This document shows positions 53,526 to 64,000 of a DNA stretch of 64,000 bases, one piece after another (the first letter of the stretch is position 1; each line of letters begins with the position of its first letter). This DNA is from Eledone cirrhosa (taxonomy: Eukaryota), in assembly GCA_964016885.1 (NCBI GenBank), contig OZ024743.1:230702001-230766000 (forward strand), in the 5' to 3' direction. Under the pieces are notes generated by a model that saw nothing but the letters and a program-made list of their open reading frames with translations, did no database searches and was not told where the DNA came from. Made by a program: the position numbers and the translations under genes.

Positions 53526-54270
53526 GTTTTTGCTTTCAACGCCACCTTAACTGTCACCACCACTATCATATCTACTACCCCAAATGATGGCCACCACTTC
53601 CCCATCGAAAAACACCTCAGCCACTTATGAAAGAACCGATAACACCAGAGCAACTACCCTAACCCCCCCCCCCCCCCCCCATTAATATCACATACACCAC
53701 CCACGTCACCATCCCAACCTTCTCTCAACTACGGCCAAAAACATCACAATCACTTATACCACTAGCACTAAGAGTACCACCAAATTTTTAACCAAAACTG
53801 GAAACATAACCACCAGCTCAATAACAACAACCGAAAACATCAACACATAACCCACCACCAATAACTAATATTAGCACCCTTTAAACCCCAATCACATGCA
53901 TAACTACATGCAAATCAGCTACAGCTAACACCACAACTATCTCCTCCACCACAAACACTGCAAACTTCCATTAACACACCCACCACGTCTGCCACCTTTA
54001 TAACTATCCACTTCAACACAACCTCCAACATGCCAACCAACAGTAATACCAACGTCTCTGCAGCCTCAACTACCAGCGAAACTTATCGCCTGTATTTGAA
54101 TGAAGAGTACCCCACCATCACCACCATCAACCACCACCACCACAACAACAACAACAATAAACTATAGTAACAACTTCAATACCAATCTATTAATTCCATC
54201 CAACTTGTCATTCAAGAAGCATTTTCCTAACCGTTGGCTGTCAATTATTTCTGTTACATTACATCGTTTC

Positions 54271-54301
<31 letters not shown>

Positions 54302-54566
54302 ATATATATATATATATATACGTGTGTGTACATATATGTATGTATGTGTGTATGTGTGCATGTGTTTTCGTGTGCGTGTGTCCGTCAGTGCATGCATGTG
54401 TCTGCATGGGGGTATGTGTGTATAGTAATTAATTCTACAGTACATTACATCATTGCTGTGTTTATGTGTGTTTGTTTCTCTGCGTGTATATATGTGTATA
54501 TATGTATATGTGTGACTGTATGTTGGCACATTAATTTTATATAAATTTACAATATTTTATATATAT

Positions 54567-54748
54567 ATAATTGTTTCTACTTTACGCACAAGGCCAGCAA
54601 TAACCCAGTGCATTACTGGTACTTTATTTTATCGACCCCGTAATGATGAAAGGCAGAGTCAACCTCGGCTGGATTTGAACTCAGATCGTAAAGGGACGTA
54701 ACTATGCTGGAAAGCATGGCGTCCGACCCTCTACCGATACTGCCAATA
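54567..54748 (-). mobile_element. Major SINE
   Basis: Reverse complement of the consensus. Confidence 0.85.
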
Positions 54749-54991
54749 TATAAAATTACCGAGACTGCTTCACAAACCCAATCTTTTCTCATATTTCTTC
54801 TCCGTTTTGCATTTTAGTTCAAACAGTTAGCTCCCTTTAATACCCCTAGACTATCACTATCTATATCTTACATCAACTACCAAATAATCTCCCTTATTTT
54901 TCCTTTAACACTCTATATCTAATACATCCCAACTATATGTTTCTGACTCTCTCTTTAAATCTTTGAACTTATTTCACATTTGTAATAAAAG

Positions 54992-55096
54992 GATTCATCC
55001 ATTACAAAATTGAGTCAATGTAGATTGAAGAACTTAGTGCGTAGCAGTGAAAATCTGAAGAAACAGTGGGACAGACAGTTCCACATCAATGACTAA
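54992..55096 (+). CDS. Tentative terminal exon of plus-strand host gene
   Basis: taaaAG acceptor, phase 0, DSSITKLSQCRLKNLVRSSENLKKQWDRQFHIND*. Confidence 0.2.
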   Translation, partial: DSSITKLSQCRLKNLVRSSENLKKQWDRQFHIND

Positions 55097-55394
55097 TAAT
55101 TATCTATATATCACAGGCCCTTTCCACAGACTGAGCGTTCGACGAACTTTTAATATTGTTTCTCAAAATAGACTGCACTTATATAAGTACTTCTCTCCTT
55201 ATACTTAAGACGAATTCATCTCCCTATGAAGGAACTTAGATTCTTCCAATATTGGCTATTGCAATGCCTATGAAATGCGGATGCTGTATCTTTACATATA
55301 TATATTTGTACGTATGTATATATATATATAATTTAAAAAAAATTTCGCTCTACATGGCTGAATAAAATAAATGTAATCTGAGTTTTTTTGAATA

Positions 55395-55750
55395 TTAATA
55401 ATAACATTCAATTCGTTTGCAATTATGCAAACAAGCCTCTTGTTTAAAGTCATATCAGTAGAATGAACCCTTCATTCTTGCCCTTATGTTGGCATGCGAA
55501 CAGAACTGCAGACACTAATGTTTCTGGCTATCACCCTTCATCAGTAGAAGCTCACAGTTCACCTGCAAACTGTCAGAGCTAGTGAAAATATATGATATTT
55601 TATAAACTATACAGTGACTAATCGGCAATAGTGTCTGCAGTTCTGTTTACATGCCACCACAAGAGCAACAATGAAGGGTTTATTCTACTGACATGGTTTA
55701 AAAATGAGTATTGTTTGCATAATTGCAAACGAATCGAATGTTATTATTAA
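55395..55750. repeat. Inverted repeat (~122-bp arms, 55395-55517 and 55629-55750) with a minus-strand hammerhead at 55506-55548
   Basis: Minus strand: CTGATGA-agggtgatagcca-GAAAC-ATTAGT-GTC-tgcag (stem I weak). A fragment of the same family lies at 46772-46850. Confidence 0.7.
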
Positions 55751-55914
55751 TCTGAGTTCAAATCCCGCCGAGGTTAAGTTTGCCTTTCATCCTTTCGGGG
55801 TCGATAAAATAAAGTACCACTAATACACTGGTGTAATTGCTGGCCTTGTGCCAATGTAGAAACAATTATTAATATTCCAAGAAAATCAGATTACACACAA
55901 ACACACGCACACAC

Positions 55915-56026
<112 letters not shown>

Positions 56027-56032
56027 GCATAC

Positions 56033-56068
<36 letters not shown>

Positions 56069-56805
56069 GCTTACTGGTTGGCGAAGGGAATAACACGTTA
56101 ACCGGTAACATATCAATGGATATCTACATCTATATATGGATTTTAGTCTTGACATTTATTATTATTACTTAGATTGGCAGTTTCAGTAGAGGGTCCGACG
56201 CCATGCTTTGCAGCAAAGAGTTACGGTCAATTAAAGCAAACAATTTCTGCTTTCACCTTAAAATATCCCGCTTTAGAGTGGAAGCAGAAATTGTTTAACA
56301 AAACATTCAATCTCGGCTAATAATAATTTTTCTACGTATTTTATACATATTTATATATATTGAACCATTTTTGGTGTATTGTATTTATTACCACTGTGCA
56401 TACACACATATATATATATATATATATATGTATAAGTTTACATATATATATACATATATATACATATACGTGTTTTGCAACGGGTCACTTTGTGGCTGAA
56501 TGAAAAATTTATAAGTTAAGTAATCAGAGCTATATATCATAAAACATGTCGATAGAATCACAAGATAAAATATATACCATTTCCTCTCCCAATTAGCATA
56601 ATTAACTATATAAAAAATCGAATAGACCAAGCTATAAGAATGAGGCTTCTATGAAGAAATCTTTAACAAATAACCGAAATTAGCCCTTCGCGTCAGCCGC
56701 AACGGAATAATTATCGAATATTTCGACAGCGTAATCGCCCAGATACAGTCAACTAAACAGAATTAGGTGTAAAATAAACTAGGAGAAAATAGAATACATT
56801 TAAAT

Positions 56806-56893
56806 ACCTCTACCATGGTTTCATCCGCATTTTGAGCTTTCCAATAATTATGTAATAATTATATAAACTCGAGCACCGGATTCATCAGGAGAT
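56806..56893 (-). ncRNA. Type-I hammerhead ribozyme with long stem II
   Basis: Minus strand: ATCTC-CTGATGA-ATCCg...cGGAT-GAAAC-CATG-GTA-GAGGT; stem III is the palindrome ACCATGGT. Confidence 0.8.
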
Positions 56894-58119
56894 TTGCTCT
56901 TATCTAGACACTAAATTTTCCAAAGTGATAGCGCCTAGAATTCATTCAAAATGGCTAAGAACCGTGATATAGTCGTGGTCAGGTTGGAAGGGGTGTGGTA
57001 GTTGCTTACGACTGGTGGCATTTTTGCTAGAAAGCACAGCAAAATACGACCAAATTTGTATCTCAACCTAATGGGAGATTATTACATATAAAAGTTTACA
57101 TATATATATATACATATATATATATTTATTAAAATAAAAGATTAAAGTTTAAGCAAAGAATCGCTGCTTTCACCCTTAACGGGATCTTCTGAAATTAACA
57201 AAGTCAATCTGTAAACGCAGAAGTGGATATTTCAAAAAACGTTGCAACCGGAGGAAGACAGGAAGACGATACTTTGGTTCGTGGAAACATTCGCTGGCAA
57301 AGAACGGGAAAAAACGAATAATACGTCATTAATAGGAGTGGTGAAAAACAATTACGCGCAAAGACAGAACCACGTTTATGCTATAAAAGAGGTCGTAGAC
57401 TAATGTTCTCTTAGGTGGTGCATAGAGACGTTCTCTGGCAATGAATGAAAAAACGAAGATAATACGTCAATGTGGAGCGTGGAGAACAATAGCACGCAAA
57501 GACAAAACCACGTAAATGGTATAGCAGAAGTCGTAGACTAAAATTCTAACTAGGAGACCAAATGAATCTCCTCTACAGAGTTAAGAACAAAGTATATAAA
57601 TACAATATTGAAGTAATAGAAATAAATAAATACATACACGCAAACAAATACGTACATACACAAGCATACGCAAAACCTTACCATAGGTATACAAAACCAC
57701 GCACATATAAATATGTGTGTGTGTGTATGCGTGTATACAAATAAATAATTATATAAACGTATATAAATAAATACATACGTATATAACAAGCGTACACACA
57801 TACCTACATATAAATACACGAATGTTCGGAGACGTAAATCAACTAAAACAAGAAATACACATATACATACACCCACCATACGTACGAAGCTGCATACTCA
57901 CACAGATCTAAAACTCCCGTATTCACAGAGCCAAACCCTAAGTACCAGAATATATAAAAAATTATACGCCATAACAATCAAATATACGTACGAGAAGGTA
58001 TACGTACTTCACAAAACATACGGGTAATATATACTTACCTATGCAAATAAGTAAAGGAATAAACAAAACATATACTTAGCTCCCACATCAAGACGTAAAA
58101 TATCCACGTATAGATCGTA

Positions 58120-58745
58120 CTATCCGTTAGGGTATAACGTGGGGCTGTAATACAGGAAATGTTTGTGCAATTTATGTTTACAAGCCGAAATTGCCTCAGA
58201 TTTTTTGTTTAAGATGTGGTCTGTGGCGTAGATTATTTCCAGGGCCTCAGCAGCGCAGAGGTCACATGGTCTTTTATTTCCGTTATACGATCTAGCCCTA
58301 GCTAGCATCTCCCGGTGTAAACTATATTGAGTGTGGTTGTCTTTTAGACTCCAGATATAAGCTGAAAGTGACGTCATATTCCTTCTTAGAGGGTAACGAA
58401 AATAATGGGTATGCATGTAAAGACGCTGCTTGAAACTATTGGCGGTTAACCCTATGTATGCCCTACGAGACGTGGGTGTTACAACCTTACATTTGTAGAC
58501 AATGTTACTAGAGAGGCATTTCCCGGATAGGGGGCAATCAGCCCGATTCCTATAATTACAGTTAGTACTAACTACAGGGTTGCACGTGTTCCTACGGCTA
58601 GGTAGTTTAGCTAAATTTGAAGCTGTGATGTTATGTGCAAGGTTAGGAGTCGTAGAGTAAGAAATTTTAATAGTATTTCTATTAAAAATGTTACTATATT
58701 TATGTGTAGGGGGAAAAAGCTTCGTAATAAGGGAAAGAAATATCT
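58120..58745 (-). pseudogene. Penelope-like linker + GIY-YIG endonuclease fragment (lineage distinct from 22474-23435)
   Basis: FPPTHKYSNIFNRNTIKISYS..PN, CNYRNRADCPLSGKCL, IVYKC..YIGLTANSFKQR..H, CDLC, LNKKSE..CKH. Confidence 0.85.
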
Positions 58746-59223
58746 TTAATAATAAATTAAATAATCAGAGCTATATATCATAAAACATGTCTATAGAATC
58801 ACAAGATAAAATATATACCATTTCCTCTCCGTTGTGAGAGAAAATATATACGATTTCCTCTCCCTGGGGAGAGGAAATGGTATATATTTTATCTTGTGAT
58901 TCTATAGACGTTTTATGATATATAGCTCTGATTAATTAATTTATTAATTTTTCATTGAGCCACAAAGTAACCCGTTGCAAAACACGTATATGTATATATA
59001 TGTATATATATATATATGTAAACTTTTATATGTAATAATCTCCCATTAGGTTGAGATTCAAATTTGGCTGTATTGTGCTGTGCTTTCTAGCAAAAATGCC
59101 ACCAGTAGTAAGCAATTACCACATCCCTTCCAACCTAACCGCGACTACGTCACGATTCTTAGCCATTTTGAATGAATTCTTGGCGCGATCACTTCGGAAA
59201 ATTTAGTGTCTAGATAAGAGCAA

Positions 59224-59311
59224 ATCTCCTGATGAATCCTGTGCTCGAGTTTATATAATTATTACATGATTATTTGAAAGCTCAAAATGCGGATGAAACC
59301 ATGGTTGAGGT
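59224..59311 (+). ncRNA. Type-I hammerhead ribozyme with long stem II (GUU triplet)
   Basis: ATCTC-CTGATGA-ATCC...GGAT-GAAAC-CATG-GTT-GAGGT. Confidence 0.75.
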
Positions 59312-59820
59312 ATTTAAATGTATTCTATTTTCTCCTAGTTTATTTTACACCTAATTCTGTTTAGTTGACTGTATCTGGGCGATTACGCTGTCGAAATATT
59401 CGATAAATATTCCGTTGCAGCTGACGCGAAGGGCTAGTTTCGGTTATTTGTTGAAGATTTCTTCATAGAAGCCTCATTCTTATAGCCTGGTCTATTCGAT
59501 TTTTTATATAGTTAATTATGCTAATTGGGAGAGGAAATGGTATATATTTTATCTTGTGATTCTATAGACATGTTTTATGATATATATATATATATATATA
59601 TTTCGTTTCTGAATTTGTTTAGCAAGATTCTTTATCTGAAATCGTGTGTTGAAACCGATATTGTTATACTTTGGGAGGGTCATGTTGCCAATAAGAAACA
59701 CACGCACCAGTTGCTTTCACTTCAATTTAATTTATTAAATATTTAGAAATTTACAAATTTATAAATTTCTGGTTGGTTGGTTGGTTGGTTCCACAACCAG
59801 ATAGTTGTTTATATATATAT

Positions 59821-59865
59821 AGTCATAGTTCTTTCGTCACACACTCTGTGACCTCTTCAGTGACT
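59821..59865 (-). ncRNA. Minimal type-I hammerhead ribozyme
   Basis: Reverse complement of 60756-60800. Confidence 0.8.
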
Positions 59866-60755
59866 GGGGATTTCTTTCTTCGTTTCTGTGCCTTTCCTTT
59901 CTTCTATCCTACGCCATTTTGTTTGTGTGTGGGTTGCGTGCTCAGTTTGCGCATGCGCCACATCCGGGTGTCTGTGTGTGTTTGTGTTCATTTTTCTATT
60001 TTTCTATTTATATTTTTCTATTTGTTTGTTTATTTATTTATTTATTGTTGGTTGGTTGTTTGTTCTATGTGTGTGTGTGTTTTCATTTTGTCTTGTGTGT
60101 GTTTTCATTTTGTGTGTGTTTTCAATTGTAAGTTGTTTGTTCTATGTGTGTGTGTGTTTTCATTTTGTCCTTAATTGTAAGTTGTGATGTTGCTGTTCCA
60201 CTCATATTTTCTATTTAATTTTGGTTTTAATTCTTTTATGCTTACTGCCTCTGTAATTTGCCTAAACATTGCGTCTTTCTTGTGTGTGAGCATAGAAATA
60301 AAATTAGAGAGCATAGAAATAAAAATAGAATCCACACACAAGAAAGACGCAATGTTTAGGCAAATTACAGAGGCAGTAAGCATAAAAGAATTAAAACCAA
60401 AATTAAATAGAAAATATGAGTGGAACAGCAACATCACAACTTACAATTAAGGACAAAATGAAAACACACACACACATAGAACAAACAACTTACAATTAAA
60501 AACACACACAAAATGAAAACACACACAAGACAAAATGAAAACACACACACACATAGAACAAACAACCAACCAACAATAAATAAATAAATAAACAAACAAA
60601 TAGAAAAATATAAATAGAAAAATAGAAAAATGAACACAAACACACACAGACACCCGGATGTGGCGCATGCGCAAACTGAGCACGCAACCCACACACAAAC
60701 AAAATGGCGTAGGATAGAAGAAAGGAAAGGCACAGAAACGAAGAAAGAAATCCCC

Positions 60756-60800
60756 AGTCACTGAAGAGGTCACAGAGTGTGTGACGAAAGAACTATGACT
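60756..60800 (+). ncRNA. Minimal type-I hammerhead ribozyme (CUA triplet)
   Basis: AGTCA-CTGAAGA-g-GTCAC-agagtgt-GTGAC-GAAAG-AA-CTA-TGACT. Confidence 0.8.
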
Positions 60801-60953
60801 ATATATATATATAAACAACTATCTGGTTGTGGAACCAACCAACCAACCAGAAATTTATAAATTTGTAAATTTATAAATATTTAATAACTTAAATTGAAGT
60901 GAAAGCAACTGGTGCGTGTGTTTCTTATTGGCAACATGACCCTCCCAAAGTAT

Positions 60954-61005
<52 letters not shown>

Positions 61006-61266
61006 CATGCATCCACCACCCTAAATCACACCAACACATACCGCATACCCTTGAGGTACACAAAAACCACCACCACCATACACTTCACCACAATGGACTT
61101 CATCACCTCATTTTGTATCACTAATTTCACCACCGTTATTTAACATCACTTGTATTCCCTAGCACTCTTTCATCACCAATCTCATTTTTTTTCTACTACC
61201 ATTTAACCCCACACGATATCATCTACATGCAATGCCAACGCACGTGTGTGCATACAGGTGTGTATG

Positions 61267-61302
<36 letters not shown>

Positions 61303-62465
61303 TGAATACGTGAGTGTGTATCTATATATGTACATATATGTTTGCCTGTTCCCCTGCACAACCATATAGTAGTATGGACCCCCGGACTATAAGCACGCAT
61401 ATCTCGTTAGCGTGTACATGTGGACATGTAGACATATGTACAATACGTGCATGGGTTGCTGTGTCCGAAAATACCTATAATTCGTATGATATGTACGTGA
61501 GCTTCTTGTGCCAGTGCGGGAGTGCATGATGACCAGTATGATCATTCCATATGCCCTTCCACGAGCAGACGCATCTAGAAATGTATACCTCTCTGGCTCC
61601 GTGTACCTTCCGCGTGTGCCTCTGTGGGGTGATGCATTACTGTTTAAATATTTACATTCATGCATGTCTGGATATGCTTGCATGTGCATATGTCCCAGGG
61701 TGCGTGTGTACACATGTATATTTATTTTCCTTTTTATATTCTTTTACACAATATTCATTGAACAGGTATCTTGCCCCTACCCACAGTGTTTTAGCAACCT
61801 CTCCAAAAATGTTTGTTTTTATAAAATGTATTTTATAATTTTTTCTGTGGTCTTTTCAAACACTAACCTCATCATAATTCTTCATTTATAATATATTTTT
61901 TAAACACTAACCCCGTCACCTCATTAATTCTGTATAGCGCAAATCCCCTTTAAATATGTCTAAACAATATAACCTATCTCCCTTATGTTCACCCAGTCTT
62001 CCGTGACTAACAGATGACCAGCAGAAAACACCTACCCCTAGTACAACACCGCATTATTTCATGTCCTATCACACACAGCCCTACCACATCCACACCACAC
62101 ACAGCACCTCCACCTCACCACATACACGCCGACATTTTTATGGCAAGCCAAAACACCACATCCCGCAACTCACATCAACCATCGCTCCCCACTACCACCT
62201 CGTAACTCTACCCCCCCACACCTATCACGCATGCCAAAACATTCCTCTTGGTCACTATATGAACGCGAAACGTTACAGACAACTCTATGCTTTATATGTA
62301 CATTCTGTCATTATAACAGCAGAGATCCGACGAGCTTTCGTTTCCAGAATTGTGCCAGATTGAGACAGATCGAACCTCGAGCTGATCAACAGCGAAACGT
62401 ACGTCACGAATAAATAAACGTAATGAAGACTTAACAAATCGTCCTTGTATTATCATATTAAACTC

Positions 62466-62715
62466 TGAGTCCCAGATGTTATTTAACTGGAAAGTTTGTT
62501 CAAACGAACCTCAAGCTGCTACCTGCAGCCTCACATATTCAGGACGTATCGGTGGGTTCTTGCTGTTTCCAGCTAGCATGCCTTTTGAAGTGTTACAAAA
62601 AACGGGGCTGGACTAATCTTCTTTAACCATACTTGAAATCACTTTGAGATAGTTACTAGTGCTCCTATGACAATCGGGACGGCCTTTATCTCATGACAGT
62701 CCCATATCCTTTTAT
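62466..62715 (-). mobile_element. R4/Dong-like copy 4 (short 3' fragment)
   Basis: Reverse complement matches 2385-2640. Confidence 0.8.
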
Positions 62716-62729
62716 TATTTTTATTATTC

Positions 62730-62880
62730 GGCCATCCCTAATCAACTTCTTCGAGTTTCACCTAGAAAGGAAGGTGAGGTTGGAGAGAGAATTGCTGCCA
62801 GTACATTTGCGAAAAGGTGGATGAATGTGGCGAGAATGGCCCGTGTGAGTGGGCGTACTCTGACCATGCTCCTATAGGCT
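62730..62880 (+). mobile_element. Short Tx1 (D-like) ORF2 C-terminal fragment
   Basis: LINFFEFHLERK..RWMNVARMARVSG.TL, preceded by TTA repeats. Confidence 0.7.
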
Positions 62881-63571
62881 GGCTAATGTGAGGACCAGAT
62901 TCGTTCAAATTCGAAAATTCGGCTCCATCTCACACATAAATCAATTTATTTGGTTCAACTTTTATACTACGATAGAATATATCATTGCACATCTTATAGA
63001 TGGTCAAATGCAAAACGATGGCCACTGACGTCGTCTGAGCTTTTAGTTGTGTATTTGAGAATTCATCGGTTTCCAATCAAGTAGCGTGAGGAAATTGGCT
63101 TAGTGTTAAAGGTCATTACCTCCCTCCCCCAGCATGTCCCTTCGTCAGTCACCCGCGTTTCTCAGTGATAGAGGTCATCACCACCCTCCCCCCGTATGGC
63201 CTGTGTGTGGTCATATATGAGTCATCGAGAGGCAGTCGCTAAGATCTACACCTTTTCATCAAAGCAGATATTATTTGACCTACCCAAGCAACGCTGGGTA
63301 CTGCTGCTAGTATATATATATAGAGAGAGAAAGAGATTCGGATGATTTCAACGCCCTGTGTATGTGTGTGCGTATGTGTACGTGTGTGCGTATGTGCATA
63401 TACATACATTACATGCAGGTAATACACACATCTAGGACAACATACAACACACAAGTAGGTAATACACACATCTAGGACCGCATACAACAAAAGGCAGGCG
63501 AAAGGGGTGGACAAACGAGTTACTACCAGGGCAAACAATAAAAATATCGCGGGGAGCAATGGAAAACTTCT

Positions 63572-64000
63572 CTAATAATTTCTGAGGCAAGCCAGCACAC
63601 TCGCAGCGTTACCTCGGGTGAAGGTGAGGCTGAGGTACTGGAACAACCAAGCTTCACCAGCTACTTCTGTCAGGTGAGCCGCCAGTGAAGATAAGAATCT
63701 CGTAGTCAGTAGCCCGACTTCCCCAAACGAATCGAACGCCACAGGCTGGAAAATGTAGTTACCCAACAGATCACGGTATTTTAGAATGTTGTTCTGTTCA
63801 GCTGCGGAAGCTGTGGCTCTCGTCCTTACTGCTGCATACAGGATGTGGGAAGAAGCAAAGAGTCACTAACTGTGATGTCCCAGACTAGGCATCTGCCTCT
63901 TGACCAGGATCACAGGGTAAGACCATCAGGTCATTTCCCATCAATTCTGGACAACGCAGACGGTTTCAAAATTGAGGATATGTTTGCCCGGGCCAAAGCT
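63572..64000 (-). mobile_element. Decayed CRE-like non-LTR retrotransposon, restriction-like endonuclease C-terminus
   Basis: DGK*PDGLTL*SWSRGRCLVWDITV..KYRDL..YIFQPVAFDSFG..WLFQYLSL...RGNAASVL. Confidence 0.7.

Larger units (their letters stand above)
56420..59587 (-). mobile_element. Penelope-like element: GIY-YIG remnant between two inverted, differently permuted copies of a 660-bp hammerhead-bearing pLTR
   Basis: Unit on minus 56420-57125 and on plus 58867-59587 (GGAGAGGAAATGG at 58868 and 59528); junction hairpin 58750-58946. Confidence 0.85.
59658..60961. mobile_element. Giant fold-back (~630-bp near-identical arms, 44-nt spacer) made of two 5'-truncated Penelope 3' ends
   Basis: Arms 59658-60288 and 60333-60961. 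Each encodes a GIY-YIG-type C-terminus (DAMFRQITEAVSIKELKPKLNRKYEW) and a hammerhead. Confidence 0.9.

Noticed and set aside
53540-54190. ACC/AAC-rich tract as a mucin-like exon or telomeric repeat (also 29150-29310)
   Set aside because: Degenerate low-complexity sequence with stops, no splice support and no TTAGGG array.
60171-60450. Mirror-image 88-aa ORFs on both strands
   Set aside because: A by-product of the palindrome; only the C-terminal half is a real Penelope endonuclease remnant.

Overview
AT- and microsatellite-rich animal genomic DNA. The dominant tRNA-derived SINE resembles those of octopod cephalopods, so a coleoid host is inferred but not proven. Much of the window is retroelement-derived. 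It holds four R4/Dong-like LINE copies (RT plus restriction-like endonuclease) at (TAA)n, one nearly intact full-length RTE with a 10-bp target-site duplication (TSD), a 16-kb head-to-tail stack of Tx1/L1-clade LINEs in (TTA)n plus further Tx1 pieces, about 20 copies or fragments of one SINE, one CORE-type SINE, three Penelope-like (GIY-YIG) fragments and a CRE-like fragment. The least obvious signal is a dense set of minimal type-I hammerhead ribozymes (about 12 good, several degenerate, at least 7 sequence families). Most have palindromic stem III. They sit in fold-back structures and in ORF-less, circularly permuted, terminally redundant ~520-660 bp units that look like retrozymes or Penelope pseudo-LTRs. 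Other notable observations: a GGTAAGT splice-donor motif at the ORF1 stop of all four Tx1 copies from three subfamilies, a 3' tail shared by the SINE and the Tx1 LINE, a frameshifting deletion shared by two Dong copies, and tentative exons of two divergently oriented, possibly paralogous host genes. All calls were made by eye; no searches or folding programs were run.
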